43,845 nt of DNA. Origin: a virus. Taxonomy: Duplodnaviria > Caudoviricetes. Shown one piece after another: positions 9,062 to 16,985 of the stretch. Positions within the stretch are counted from its first letter, which is position 1. Each line of letters begins with the position of its first letter. A program made the position numbers and the translations under genes. The stretch covers positions 1 to 43,845 of IMG/VR virus record IMGVR_UViG_3300024986_000179, one strand, 5' to 3'. The notes beneath the pieces were generated by a model. It was not told the DNA's origin, searched no databases, and saw nothing but the letters and a program-made list of their open reading frames with translations.

Positions 9062-9544
9062 ATGGAAAGATCAGCAACAATATCAGAATGCGGCCAATAT
9101 AGATATCAATTATCTCGAGTATGGGATATAGAACTGCCGGCTGTTTGTTTTATCATGTTGAATCCTTCTACTGCAGATGCAGAAAAAGATGATAACACGA
9201 TAAAACGTTGTATTGAATTTGCAAGGTCTTGGGGTTATGGTAGCCTGTATGTCGTAAATCTTTACGCATACAGGTCACGCCATCCTCAAGCGATGATTTC
9301 AATCCATGATCCAAAAGGACCAGAAAATTTAGATCATATCCGTTTGGTTACTGAAAAATGTGAAAAAGTAATCTGTGCCTGGGGCAATGCATCAATTATA
9401 AATCGGCTTGAGAAGCTTTATCCTGGTTATTTGCCTTTGAAAGATGTTCCTGCAGGAAAACTTCATTATCTGGCTTTGGCAAAAGACGGAACTCCTAAGC
9501 ATCCGCTATATTTAAAATCAAGCTTAAAACCTATCAAATACTAA
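9062..9544 (+). CDS. DUF1643 family protein
   Basis: YRYQLSRVW, FIMLNPSTAD, VVNLYAYRS, AWG and PKHPLY motifs. Confidence 0.85.
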   Translation: MERSATISECGQYRYQLSRVWDIELPAVCFIMLNPSTADAEKDDNTIKRCIEFARSWGYGSLYVVNLYAYRSRHPQAMISIHDPKGPENLDHIRLVTEKCEKVICAWGNASIINRLEKLYPGYLPLKDVPAGKLHYLALAKDGTPKHPLYLKSSLKPIKY

Positions 9545-9554
9545 TCACAGAACA

Positions 9555-9797
9555 ATGAAAACACATGAATTAAAAATATGGAATGAGCATTTCGAGGATA
9601 TTTGGAATGGAGTAAAAAAATTTGAATTAAGGAAAGACGACAGAGGCTTTCAAGTGGGTGACGAACTTTGCTTAAAAGAATTTAATCCAGAAACTCAAAA
9701 ATATACTGGAAGCGTGCAACATAAAACCGTTAGTCATATTTTAAAAGGAGGTCAGTTCGGACTTAAAAAGGGTTATGTGATAATGTCTTTGGAATAA
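9555..9797 (+). CDS. DUF3850/ASCH (PUA-like) domain protein
   Basis: HELKIWNEHF...GVKKFELRKDDRGFQVGD...YTG...GYVIMSL. Confidence 0.85.
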   Translation: MKTHELKIWNEHFEDIWNGVKKFELRKDDRGFQVGDELCLKEFNPETQKYTGSVQHKTVSHILKGGQFGLKKGYVIMSLE

Positions 9798-9813
9798 TCT
9801 TAATCTGTAAAAA

Positions 9814-10554
9814 ATGCCAATTGAAGGAAAACATAAAAAAATTATTCTCTTACCTGAAGATATAGATTTTATAGAAAAAAATTATCATTCGATGAGTAAT
9901 AAAGAAATTGCTGATCATTTTGGTTTGAAGTTGCAAAGAATGAGAGAACTACTATATCAGAATGGTTTTAAGAGGATGCAACTTGAGTACTGGAGTGTTG
10001 AACAAATTGAATATTTAAAAGAGAATTATAAAACAAAAGGAGATGTTGAATTGGCTACAATTTTCGAAAGTAAATGGCCAAAAGAAAAAAAATGGACCTT
10101 AAAGCATATTGAAAAAAAAAGGAACTATTTGCATCTATCAAGAACTCCTGAAGAAATTCATTTAATTAAAGAAAGAAATGTTCTTCTTGGATGTTACCTT
10201 CATGGCAAAACATGGAAAACAAGAGGGGCTTCAGAAATAGGTACAATTAAATTTTGGTCGACTAAGTTTAGCCAAAATTATTTTCCTGTTATTAAAACTG
10301 AAAAAGGTTTTGTCCATTATTACAGATGGCTTTGGATTAAGAACAATGGTCCGCTAAAACCTAACGAGTATGTTGTGCCAAAAAAGAATTCAAAAAGTAG
10401 CCGGTTATTAACTCTAGCTGAATTAGAAGTAGTAAACAGAACGGAGCATGCGTTAAGAAATGCTGAGACAAGAAAAATGCTTCCGGAAGAATTAAAAAAA
10501 GCGATATCAATATTTAATAAATTATCAAAAGAACTTAAAAACAACGGAAAATGA
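9814..10554 (+). CDS. HNH-endonuclease-like phage protein, active-site motif degenerate
   Basis: N-terminal W/L-xx-E-xx-(F/Y)-(I/L)-xx-NY repeats; YRWLWIKNNGP..LELVNR-like C-terminus without the usual HR/DGN/N residues. Confidence 0.55.
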   Translation: MPIEGKHKKIILLPEDIDFIEKNYHSMSNKEIADHFGLKLQRMRELLYQNGFKRMQLEYWSVEQIEYLKENYKTKGDVELATIFESKWPKEKKWTLKHIEKKRNYLHLSRTPEEIHLIKERNVLLGCYLHGKTWKTRGASEIGTIKFWSTKFSQNYFPVIKTEKGFVHYYRWLWIKNNGPLKPNEYVVPKKNSKSSRLLTLAELEVVNRTEHALRNAETRKMLPEELKKAISIFNKLSKELKNNGK

Positions 10555-10913
10555 ATAATTTAAACACTTTAAGCGAACAACTTTTTTCAACTTTAGATGA
10601 TTTGAAAAATGGTAAAATTAAAAGAGAGGATGCAAAAGTAATTAATGAAATAGCAGGAACTCTAATTAATAATGCAAAAACACAATTAGAAGCTTTTAAG
10701 ATTACTAAGGGTATTGGTGATCAGGCCGAATTGTTTGGGGTTAAAAGTCTGGGACCTTCTCCAGATATAGAAAACCAAAACGTTTATGATCAAAAAATGG
10801 AATTTTCAATTTCAAAAGGATTCAAGAATGTGGCCGAATGCATGGCTGCTTTAGGTCAAAAGTTTGAATATGAATTTCGTACATGGAGATCAAAACAAAA
10901 CAGCCGTTCATAG
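10551..10913 (+). CDS. Conserved phage hypothetical protein
   Basis: ATGA overlap; LSEQLFSTLDDL...IAGTLINNAKTQLEA pattern commonly following such HNH genes. Confidence 0.65.
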   Translation: MNNLNTLSEQLFSTLDDLKNGKIKREDAKVINEIAGTLINNAKTQLEAFKITKGIGDQAELFGVKSLGPSPDIENQNVYDQKMEFSISKGFKNVAECMAALGQKFEYEFRTWRSKQNSRS

Positions 10914-10930
10914 AAATTTGAACTTTAATT

Positions 10931-10964
10931 AAAAATACCTCTCACTTGAGAGGTATTTTTTTTT
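10931..10964 (+). terminator. Strong, potentially bidirectional, intrinsic terminator ending the early region
   Basis: AAAAATACCTCTCA-CT-TGAGAGGTATTTTTTTTT. Confidence 0.85.
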
Positions 10965-10969
10965 AATAA

Positions 10970-11033
10970 TAATTGACTAAAAGTCAATTATATTGATTAA
11001 AAATATACTATAAGTCAATTTTTATTATCTTCG
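10970..11033 (+). promoter_or_regulatory. Operator pair plus promoter for the 11049-14375 operon
   Basis: Perfect palindrome TAATTGACT-AAA-AGTCAATTA (10970-10990), second site TATACT-ATA-AGTCAA (11004-11018), -7-like box TATCTTCG (11026-11033). Confidence 0.7.
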
Positions 11034-11048
11034 TTAAAAAATATAGAT

Positions 11049-11543
11049 ATGAGCATTTTCAATAAAGTTTGGGATAATTCTAATATCTGTGGCATTGAAC
11101 TTGCGTTCAGTGGCGAACTACTCGCATCAAATATTCCAGATTGGCAACCATTTTATAACTCTGCAATTGAAAATGTAGATTTCGAAAAAATCTATTTTGG
11201 ATTTGCAACAGTAGAATTTGCTGAAGAAAGCTCTACTAATAATGCCGGAACTTCGTACAAACAAAAACTAACAGTACGTTTCCCTTCAACTGATCATAAT
11301 AGAGCTGAACGAATAGTTTTACTTCACAGAGTTAAGTTCTTGAAAATAAAGCTATCTAATGGGAAAGATGTCGTAATTGGAAGGAATGATTATAAACAGA
11401 ATGCCCGACCAAAAGTTAGTGTAAAAACAAATCATAAGACGGCTGAAGCTGAATTTGAAACCGTTTCAATAATGCCTTCCGGGTTTGTTCCTAATCCGGA
11501 TACCTACTTATTACCATCATTTATACCATTAACATTAAACTAA
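11049..11543 (+). CDS. Putative virion structural protein
   Basis: Beta-rich 164-aa ORF heading an operon of fibre-like genes. Confidence 0.45.
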   Translation: MSIFNKVWDNSNICGIELAFSGELLASNIPDWQPFYNSAIENVDFEKIYFGFATVEFAEESSTNNAGTSYKQKLTVRFPSTDHNRAERIVLLHRVKFLKIKLSNGKDVVIGRNDYKQNARPKVSVKTNHKTAEAEFETVSIMPSGFVPNPDTYLLPSFIPLTLN

Positions 11544-11544
11544 T

Positions 11545-12669
11545 ATGGCTATAACATTTCCTATCAATTGGGTTGAAAAAGTAAACAGTCCTGATCTGCT
11601 TGCAGCTTTGCAACAATTTGGAGAAAAATATTATTTGAGTGCTGAAGAAATTAATTTAATTTTTTCGTCCATAAATGATATAAATAGTAGGATAGCGCCT
11701 TTAAGGGATGAAATTTTAGTTCAGACAGGTTTAGCTTTGGTAGGAAATTCAATAGTACTTAATTCTGCCTGGGTATGGAAAATAAACGAAGTTATTTCTA
11801 CTAATGAGGATGAAAGATCATATCCCATTACTTTTTCTGCTTCAGGGAAAATTCGACAGGATTCTGTCTTATTGGGACAAAACGGCAACTCTTATGTCAA
11901 AAGAGGTGTTGAAGGCGTAATAGCCATAAAACCAGCTCCAGATCCAAACACGCTTGAAGCCACTTCCTTTATTGTTACAGATAACTCGATTGGCAATCCG
12001 GAAATACCTGGTACTGGGAATGTTTATGTAAAAAAATCGTATAGCAGTGAACTTTTTTTTGGTCTAAGTGGTGATGTGGCTTCATATACCATAGCAGCTA
12101 ATTATGGATTTTATATTTTCAATGGAGCTTGTACATCTTTTGCTTCACTAAATCTCGTCAACACTGCAGCTGATGCTTATGTTGGAAAACAATTGGGCAT
12201 AAAAAATAATCAAACGATACCTTTGACTATCAAAAATTCGGCTGGTACGGGCACAACAAAATTTATAGGTCCAAATCAGGCTGATTATGTTATTCAGCCT
12301 GGTGAAACTGCTTTTTTTAGATTTTCTTATGTCGGTAATGCTAGTGGAAATTATGTCTTCGATTTTTCTAATAGACAGAATTATACGCCACAAAAAACAA
12401 TAACAGGAAATACTACCCTTGATAAAAGTTATAATGGCGCTTTTGTGAAGGTAAAAGCTAATGCGACAATTACCGTTCCATCAACATTGCAAAACGAATT
12501 TGATTGCGTTTTTAGATGTTTCAGCGGGGCTACAGCTACTTTTGTTGAAGGTAGTTCTGTGTCATTTGATGCGCATAAAGGAAAAATACTCGAACCTTTT
12601 AAATTGGGAACTTTGCTTAGAGATGGTTCGACAAATACTTTCGTACTGGAGGGCGAACTTAAAACATGA
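11545..12669 (+). CDS. Putative tail fibre/spike protein
   Basis: G/T/N/S-rich beta-strand composition with two tandem C-terminal beta-sandwich-like modules. Confidence 0.55.
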   Translation: MAITFPINWVEKVNSPDLLAALQQFGEKYYLSAEEINLIFSSINDINSRIAPLRDEILVQTGLALVGNSIVLNSAWVWKINEVISTNEDERSYPITFSASGKIRQDSVLLGQNGNSYVKRGVEGVIAIKPAPDPNTLEATSFIVTDNSIGNPEIPGTGNVYVKKSYSSELFFGLSGDVASYTIAANYGFYIFNGACTSFASLNLVNTAADAYVGKQLGIKNNQTIPLTIKNSAGTGTTKFIGPNQADYVIQPGETAFFRFSYVGNASGNYVFDFSNRQNYTPQKTITGNTTLDKSYNGAFVKVKANATITVPSTLQNEFDCVFRCFSGATATFVEGSSVSFDAHKGKILEPFKLGTLLRDGSTNTFVLEGELKT

Positions 12670-13466
12670 TAACATCTAATTTTTTAATTTTCGGACGTGG
12701 TTATACTAAATCTTTTCCACTTCAGCCAGAATACCAGGATGTTTTGGACAGAGCTTTTGATTTGGGTTTTACTTTGCCTGATGCTGAACATCAAAGGATA
12801 GATAACAATAGAATCTATTTTTTGAAGCAATTAGAATTATGGAATGAATTCGATACAATCTATTTTTTTGATAAAAGTTCTCTGTATTCAAATTTTACTA
12901 GATTAAATCAGAAAAATCCAAGTATAGTATCAAGAGTAGGATATCTTGATAGCCCGGTTCAACCTTCATTTGTTAGCGGTTCTGGTTGGACTGGAGGGGG
13001 TGGAGGTTATTGGTTGGGGCCTACACCTTCATTACACTCAGTAAAAGCTTTGCCTGGCAATGTTTCAGTTTTTTACCATCAATTTGGTTTTACAAATGCA
13101 GCTTCAGCTGTATGGGGAACTCGTAATGGTTCAACTAACAATTTTGCAGCGTCAAATTCTGCTTGTCAGTTGCATTCGGGTTCGATTGCTGGAACTGGCG
13201 GCTATACGCTTAATGCAAATATTTTACAGGTAAAAAACGGCAATACACATAATAAATATGTTGATGGTGTTTTAACAAATACTGCTTCTTACGTTTCGTC
13301 AGGCGCTTTGTCAACAGTGCCTCTTGCCCTATTAGGAAACAATCTCAATGGAACTGTTGGGCAATTTGTAACAACAAGCGGTCTTAAATATCGTCTTGAA
13401 GGGAGTAAAAATCTTGAAGCTTTTAATACAGAAATCAATAAAATCATAAATAATACATACGAATAA
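12666..13466 (+). CDS. Putative receptor-binding protein (ConA/LamG-like lectin fold)
   Basis: G/S/N-rich; HNKYVDGVL...LALLG pattern resembles LamG-like domains. Confidence 0.45.
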   Translation: MITSNFLIFGRGYTKSFPLQPEYQDVLDRAFDLGFTLPDAEHQRIDNNRIYFLKQLELWNEFDTIYFFDKSSLYSNFTRLNQKNPSIVSRVGYLDSPVQPSFVSGSGWTGGGGGYWLGPTPSLHSVKALPGNVSVFYHQFGFTNAASAVWGTRNGSTNNFAASNSACQLHSGSIAGTGGYTLNANILQVKNGNTHNKYVDGVLTNTASYVSSGALSTVPLALLGNNLNGTVGQFVTTSGLKYRLEGSKNLEAFNTEINKIINNTYE

Positions 13467-13810
13467 TGGCAAAGATAAAGTCTACCACAGCTGCTGTATT
13501 TGAACCAATGTTACAAGATTCAGGGACTATTCTAATAGAGATCAATTCCCTGGTAAATGATGTCATTTCAAATAATTTTAGGTGTAATATCAACTATTAC
13601 CATCTTGAATCTTTCAGGCTATTAACTTCTAAAAATTGGATTCTTCCGGAAGAAAAAGCAAGTTTAATTCTGGCTATGCAATTAAATGGATCTGCAAATA
13701 TTGATAATGAATTAGCAAATTTTTTATTAGAAAAAATACAAACAGAACTTATAGATGGTGTTCACACAATCTTTAATCTTCTGCCTGAAAATTGGGAAAT
13801 TGTCGAATAA
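13466..13810 (+). CDS. Hypothetical protein (possible fibre chaperone)
   Basis: TAATG overlap; follows fibre-like genes. Confidence 0.5.
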   Translation: MAKIKSTTAAVFEPMLQDSGTILIEINSLVNDVISNNFRCNINYYHLESFRLLTSKNWILPEEKASLILAMQLNGSANIDNELANFLLEKIQTELIDGVHTIFNLLPENWEIVE

Positions 13811-13823
13811 TATTTTTTTTTAA

Positions 13824-14375
13824 ATGAGTCTTGTACCCGTCCGGTTACGTGAACATCTTGTTCCGTTCTTCTTCAATGAATCTGAAGGCGGAGAAGCCTT
13901 ATATCTTAACAAGAGGTATAAATCTGTGCTTTTTCCTCCTTCTGTTTCATCTGTAGGCAGGATTATGCGTTTGCTTATGGAAAAGTCAGGAGTTCCATTA
14001 GAAGTACAGGATTTTAATCTTTTTTTATCAATATCTGATACACCATCCAAAACCTATTCAGGCAAATTTTACCGCCAGGTTAATGGAAGGAATTCTTTCT
14101 TAAAACTTCCGGAAGAAGCTTGCCGGGACATAAACGATCTTTTAGAAGATATTTTCCGCATGTCATTTATTTCATATATGAATGGATGCTTGGAAAATAA
14201 TAGCAAAGCTGAAGTAATTTCAACAATAAATAAATTTATTGAGAAATATGATCTTTTAGAAGTTGGTTATTCTGTTGATACCTTAAGGCAGCTTTACTAC
14301 AGGGAAAAAAGAAAAGGGAAATTAGTGGTTCGCTTCCAAAATAAAAAATCGCCCATGGTTTTAAATTACTTCTAA
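13824..14375 (+). CDS. Hypothetical protein, candidate late-gene activator
   Basis: Basic C-terminus with HTH-like INKFIEKYDL..YSVDTLRQLYYREKRK; directly upstream of first late promoter motif. Confidence 0.45.
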   Translation: MSLVPVRLREHLVPFFFNESEGGEALYLNKRYKSVLFPPSVSSVGRIMRLLMEKSGVPLEVQDFNLFLSISDTPSKTYSGKFYRQVNGRNSFLKLPEEACRDINDLLEDIFRMSFISYMNGCLENNSKAEVISTINKFIEKYDLLEVGYSVDTLRQLYYREKRKGKLVVRFQNKKSPMVLNYF

Positions 14376-14379
14376 AAAG

Positions 14380-14416
14380 GCGTTACAGCCAATCTTATAG
14401 GGCCAATTTACATTTG
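14380..14416 (+). promoter_or_regulatory. Late promoter 1 (lysis/head operon)
   Basis: GCGTTACA-N21-TACATTTG. Confidence 0.65.
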
Positions 14417-14433
14417 AATAAATTATTGAGCCC

Positions 14434-14751
14434 ATGAAGATTAACGAATACATTGATAAAATACCAAAACTCTTTGATTGGTATTTTCAATTGGTCCCGA
14501 CAAAAAGAATTCAGCTCAATTACATTGTGATCATTGCGGTGATTGTTTCTCTGGCTTATAAGAACGATCGCCGGCATCAAGAAAACTCTGATCTGCTATC
14601 GGCAAAGCTTGACGCTATAAATAATGAAAGGGCTAAAGACCAAAAAGAGTATGCAAAAAACTTGGAATTCTATGTCGAAAAATTCAATCATCTTCTTGAA
14701 ATGCTCATCCTTCAGGAAAAAGAAATTAATAAAATAAAAAAAGAAGTATGA
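14434..14751 (+). CDS. Membrane protein of lysis cassette (holin/antiholin candidate)
   Basis: One TM helix YIVIIAVIVSLAY plus coiled-coil C-terminus, upstream of endolysin. Confidence 0.5.
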   Translation: MKINEYIDKIPKLFDWYFQLVPTKRIQLNYIVIIAVIVSLAYKNDRRHQENSDLLSAKLDAINNERAKDQKEYAKNLEFYVEKFNHLLEMLILQEKEINKIKKEV

Positions 14752-14966
14752 AATCAACGATAGCTTTTTTTGCCGTGATTACTTTCAGCGCTTTGCTTTT
14801 GCCTCCAATCGGGCCAAAAGATTATCCAACACAAAGCATTTTGGATGAAAGAACTGAGATTGTATTAAACCAAAACAAGATTGATGATGCAATAAGCAAA
14901 ATTGAGCAACGGTTGGCCATCGACAGTTTGCATTTAGAATCAATAAAAAACAAACGATATGAGTAG
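14748..14966 (+). CDS. Small signal-anchored protein of lysis cassette
   Basis: N-terminal hydrophobic segment, short coiled coil, overlaps both neighbours. Confidence 0.5.
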   Translation: MKSTIAFFAVITFSALLLPPIGPKDYPTQSILDERTEIVLNQNKIDDAISKIEQRLAIDSLHLESIKNKRYE

Positions 14967-15486
14967 AGCAAAACAAATAAGATACATAGTTATTCATTGC
15001 CAGGCCGGTCATGGAACGCTTCAAAGCATGCAGGCTTATTGGAAAAATACATTAGGTTGGAAATCTCCCGGATATAATACCTGGATTGACTATGACGGTA
15101 CACCTAATAAGTTATCTTCTTATGAAAATGTGACTAATGGTGTTGCGGGCTTTAATAGCCAATGCTTACATATATGCTATAGAGGTGGCGTTGAGCAAAC
15201 TAATGTAAATAAAGCAAAAGATACCAGGACACAGGCCCAAAAAGATGGTATTCTAAAAGAAATTCTTTTAATGAAAGAATGGCTTTTCCAAAATGGGAAC
15301 GACCTAAAAAATGTTATGATTGTTGGTCATTATCATTTCTCAGACGATAAAAATAAGAATGGTGCTATTGAGTCATGGGAAAGAATTAAAAATTGTCCTT
15401 CTTTCGACGCTTATGCTGAATATTCATACTTGATGGAAGCTGAAAACCCTCTTTACCATAAATTAAAACTTCCAAAAAACAGGTAA
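14959..15486 (+). CDS. Endolysin, N-acetylmuramoyl-L-alanine amidase (Amidase_2, T7 lysozyme-like)
   Basis: IVIHC, GW..PGY, GVAGFNS, IVGH and KNCPSFD zinc-amidase motifs. Confidence 0.9.
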   Translation: MSRAKQIRYIVIHCQAGHGTLQSMQAYWKNTLGWKSPGYNTWIDYDGTPNKLSSYENVTNGVAGFNSQCLHICYRGGVEQTNVNKAKDTRTQAQKDGILKEILLMKEWLFQNGNDLKNVMIVGHYHFSDDKNKNGAIESWERIKNCPSFDAYAEYSYLMEAENPLYHKLKLPKNR

Positions 15487-15487
15487 G

Positions 15488-16096
15488 ATGAAAAAAGAAA
15501 TTAAAATCATAAAATCTTTGACATTGTTTTTTTTCGCATTGTCCTTTTTGATAGTAGTATTTTCATGTGGCGCCAAGAAAAAAAGCACTTCATCTGAAGT
15601 AAGTTCTGAAGAGGTAGTTAAATCATCAGACAGCTTGGCAATTAATAAGCTGAATGTAAATAACGAAAAGATAAAAGAAAATAGCTCTGTCATTAACGAA
15701 AAAGGATTTGAAATAGAGTATGAAGGCTGCGAGGGAGATTCTTTATTTGTTGAAAAAATTGAAGCCGACGGAACCAAAACGCAAATGACAGTCAAAGGCA
15801 AAGGCAAGGCCAAAATCAGGTCAAACGAGAAAAAGACTGATTCAAAAGAAAAAGAAATAAGTTCAGAAATAAAAACCGAATCTTCTTCAGTGTTGATCCA
15901 AAAGAAATTGGAGAAAAAAGGTTCAAAGAAAAAGGGAGCAACAAATCTTGATAAAAAGCAATATAATTTTTTCTCTTGGTGGTGGCTAGTTGCTCTTTTA
16001 ATAAGCATTTCCATTTTTTACTTAAACAAACGCTTTAATATAATAAGAAAGGTTGCAGTATTTTTTAATTTAAGAAAATCTCAAGATGAAAATTAA
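15488..16096 (+). CDS. Lipoprotein with C-terminal TM helix; unimolecular spanin-like
   Basis: Lipobox VFSC after a hydrophobic signal; C-terminal WWWLVALLISISIFYL; follows endolysin. Confidence 0.65.
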   Translation: MKKEIKIIKSLTLFFFALSFLIVVFSCGAKKKSTSSEVSSEEVVKSSDSLAINKLNVNNEKIKENSSVINEKGFEIEYEGCEGDSLFVEKIEADGTKTQMTVKGKGKAKIRSNEKKTDSKEKEISSEIKTESSSVLIQKKLEKKGSKKKGATNLDKKQYNFFSWWWLVALLISISIFYLNKRFNIIRKVAVFFNLRKSQDEN

Positions 16097-16958
16097 TCCT
16101 TTATTAATGGATATTGTCCGTGGCCAATGGTTGATGTCTTTCGATGGATTGGCCACTTATGCACCTATAGCATATAAAATTCTGACTGGAGAAGATGTTG
16201 ATCTAAATTTTCAGCCAAAATCCCTAGTCACAATTATAGATGATAATGGGAAAAAAGTTCAGGCAAATGATGACGGTGAAGTAATTGCTCCAGAAGGTTC
16301 TGTAGCTGTAATTGACATGATGGGGCCAATATTAAAAAGAGGTGACTGGTGTACGTATGGTGCGGATGAAATTTCTAGGGCTTTAATGAGAGCTGAACAG
16401 GATGCCAATATTATTGGAACAATTTTGAATGTTGATACTCCAGGTGGAGCTGTTTCGGCAATATCGCCATTTTTAGAATTTGGAAAAGTAAGGACAAAGC
16501 CGCTGATCAGTCTGGTAGACCAATGTTGCTCTTTAGGATATTGGGCATCAGCGGCTATTTCTGATAAGATAATAGCTGATAACAATATATCTGCACAGAT
16601 AGGTTCTATCGGCGTAATGAGCACTTTTATTGATAACATACCTTACCTTGAAACTTTGGGTTACAAAGTTCATGAAATATATGCTGACGAAAGCCCTCAT
16701 AAAAATGAAGCTGTAAGGCTTGCCCGTGAAGGCAAATACGAACTTATTAAAAAGGAACATCTTTCTCCTTTGGCGGTTAAATTTCAAGGCGCCGTGAAAG
16801 ATTCAAGACCCAACCTTAAAGAAGAGGTTGGTGTTTTAACAGGAAAAACATTTGGAGCTGAGAAATCAATTGAATTTGGGTTGATTGATTCAATCGGAAA
16901 TATTGATTCTACAATCAATTTGTTACACATAATGAGTGAGACTAAACACTATAAATAA
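16086..16958 (+). CDS. S49 (SppA/ClpP-like) prohead protease
   Basis: DTPGG, CCSLGYW and IGSIGV motifs; precedes capsid gene. Confidence 0.9.
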   Translation: MKINPLLMDIVRGQWLMSFDGLATYAPIAYKILTGEDVDLNFQPKSLVTIIDDNGKKVQANDDGEVIAPEGSVAVIDMMGPILKRGDWCTYGADEISRALMRAEQDANIIGTILNVDTPGGAVSAISPFLEFGKVRTKPLISLVDQCCSLGYWASAAISDKIIADNNISAQIGSIGVMSTFIDNIPYLETLGYKVHEIYADESPHKNEAVRLAREGKYELIKKEHLSPLAVKFQGAVKDSRPNLKEEVGVLTGKTFGAEKSIEFGLIDSIGNIDSTINLLHIMSETKHYK

Positions 16959-16985
16959 TTTTTTAACATCTAATCCCGTAATCCT

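Noticed and set aside
9814-10554. Active homing HNH endonuclease
   Set aside because: Expected catalytic His/Asn pattern is degenerate and the gene is not inside an intron or intein
11545-13466. Diversity-generating retroelement or invertible tail-fibre switch
   Set aside because: No reverse transcriptase, no second recombinase, and no template/variable repeat pair or flanking inverted repeats seen
15463-16014. Long antisense ORF (183 aa) and similar shadow ORFs (e.g. 16259-16639, 34573-34980, 35155-35559, 40313-40651)
   Set aside because: They lie opposite well-supported genes, have S/F/L-rich mirror composition and no promoter or initiation signals
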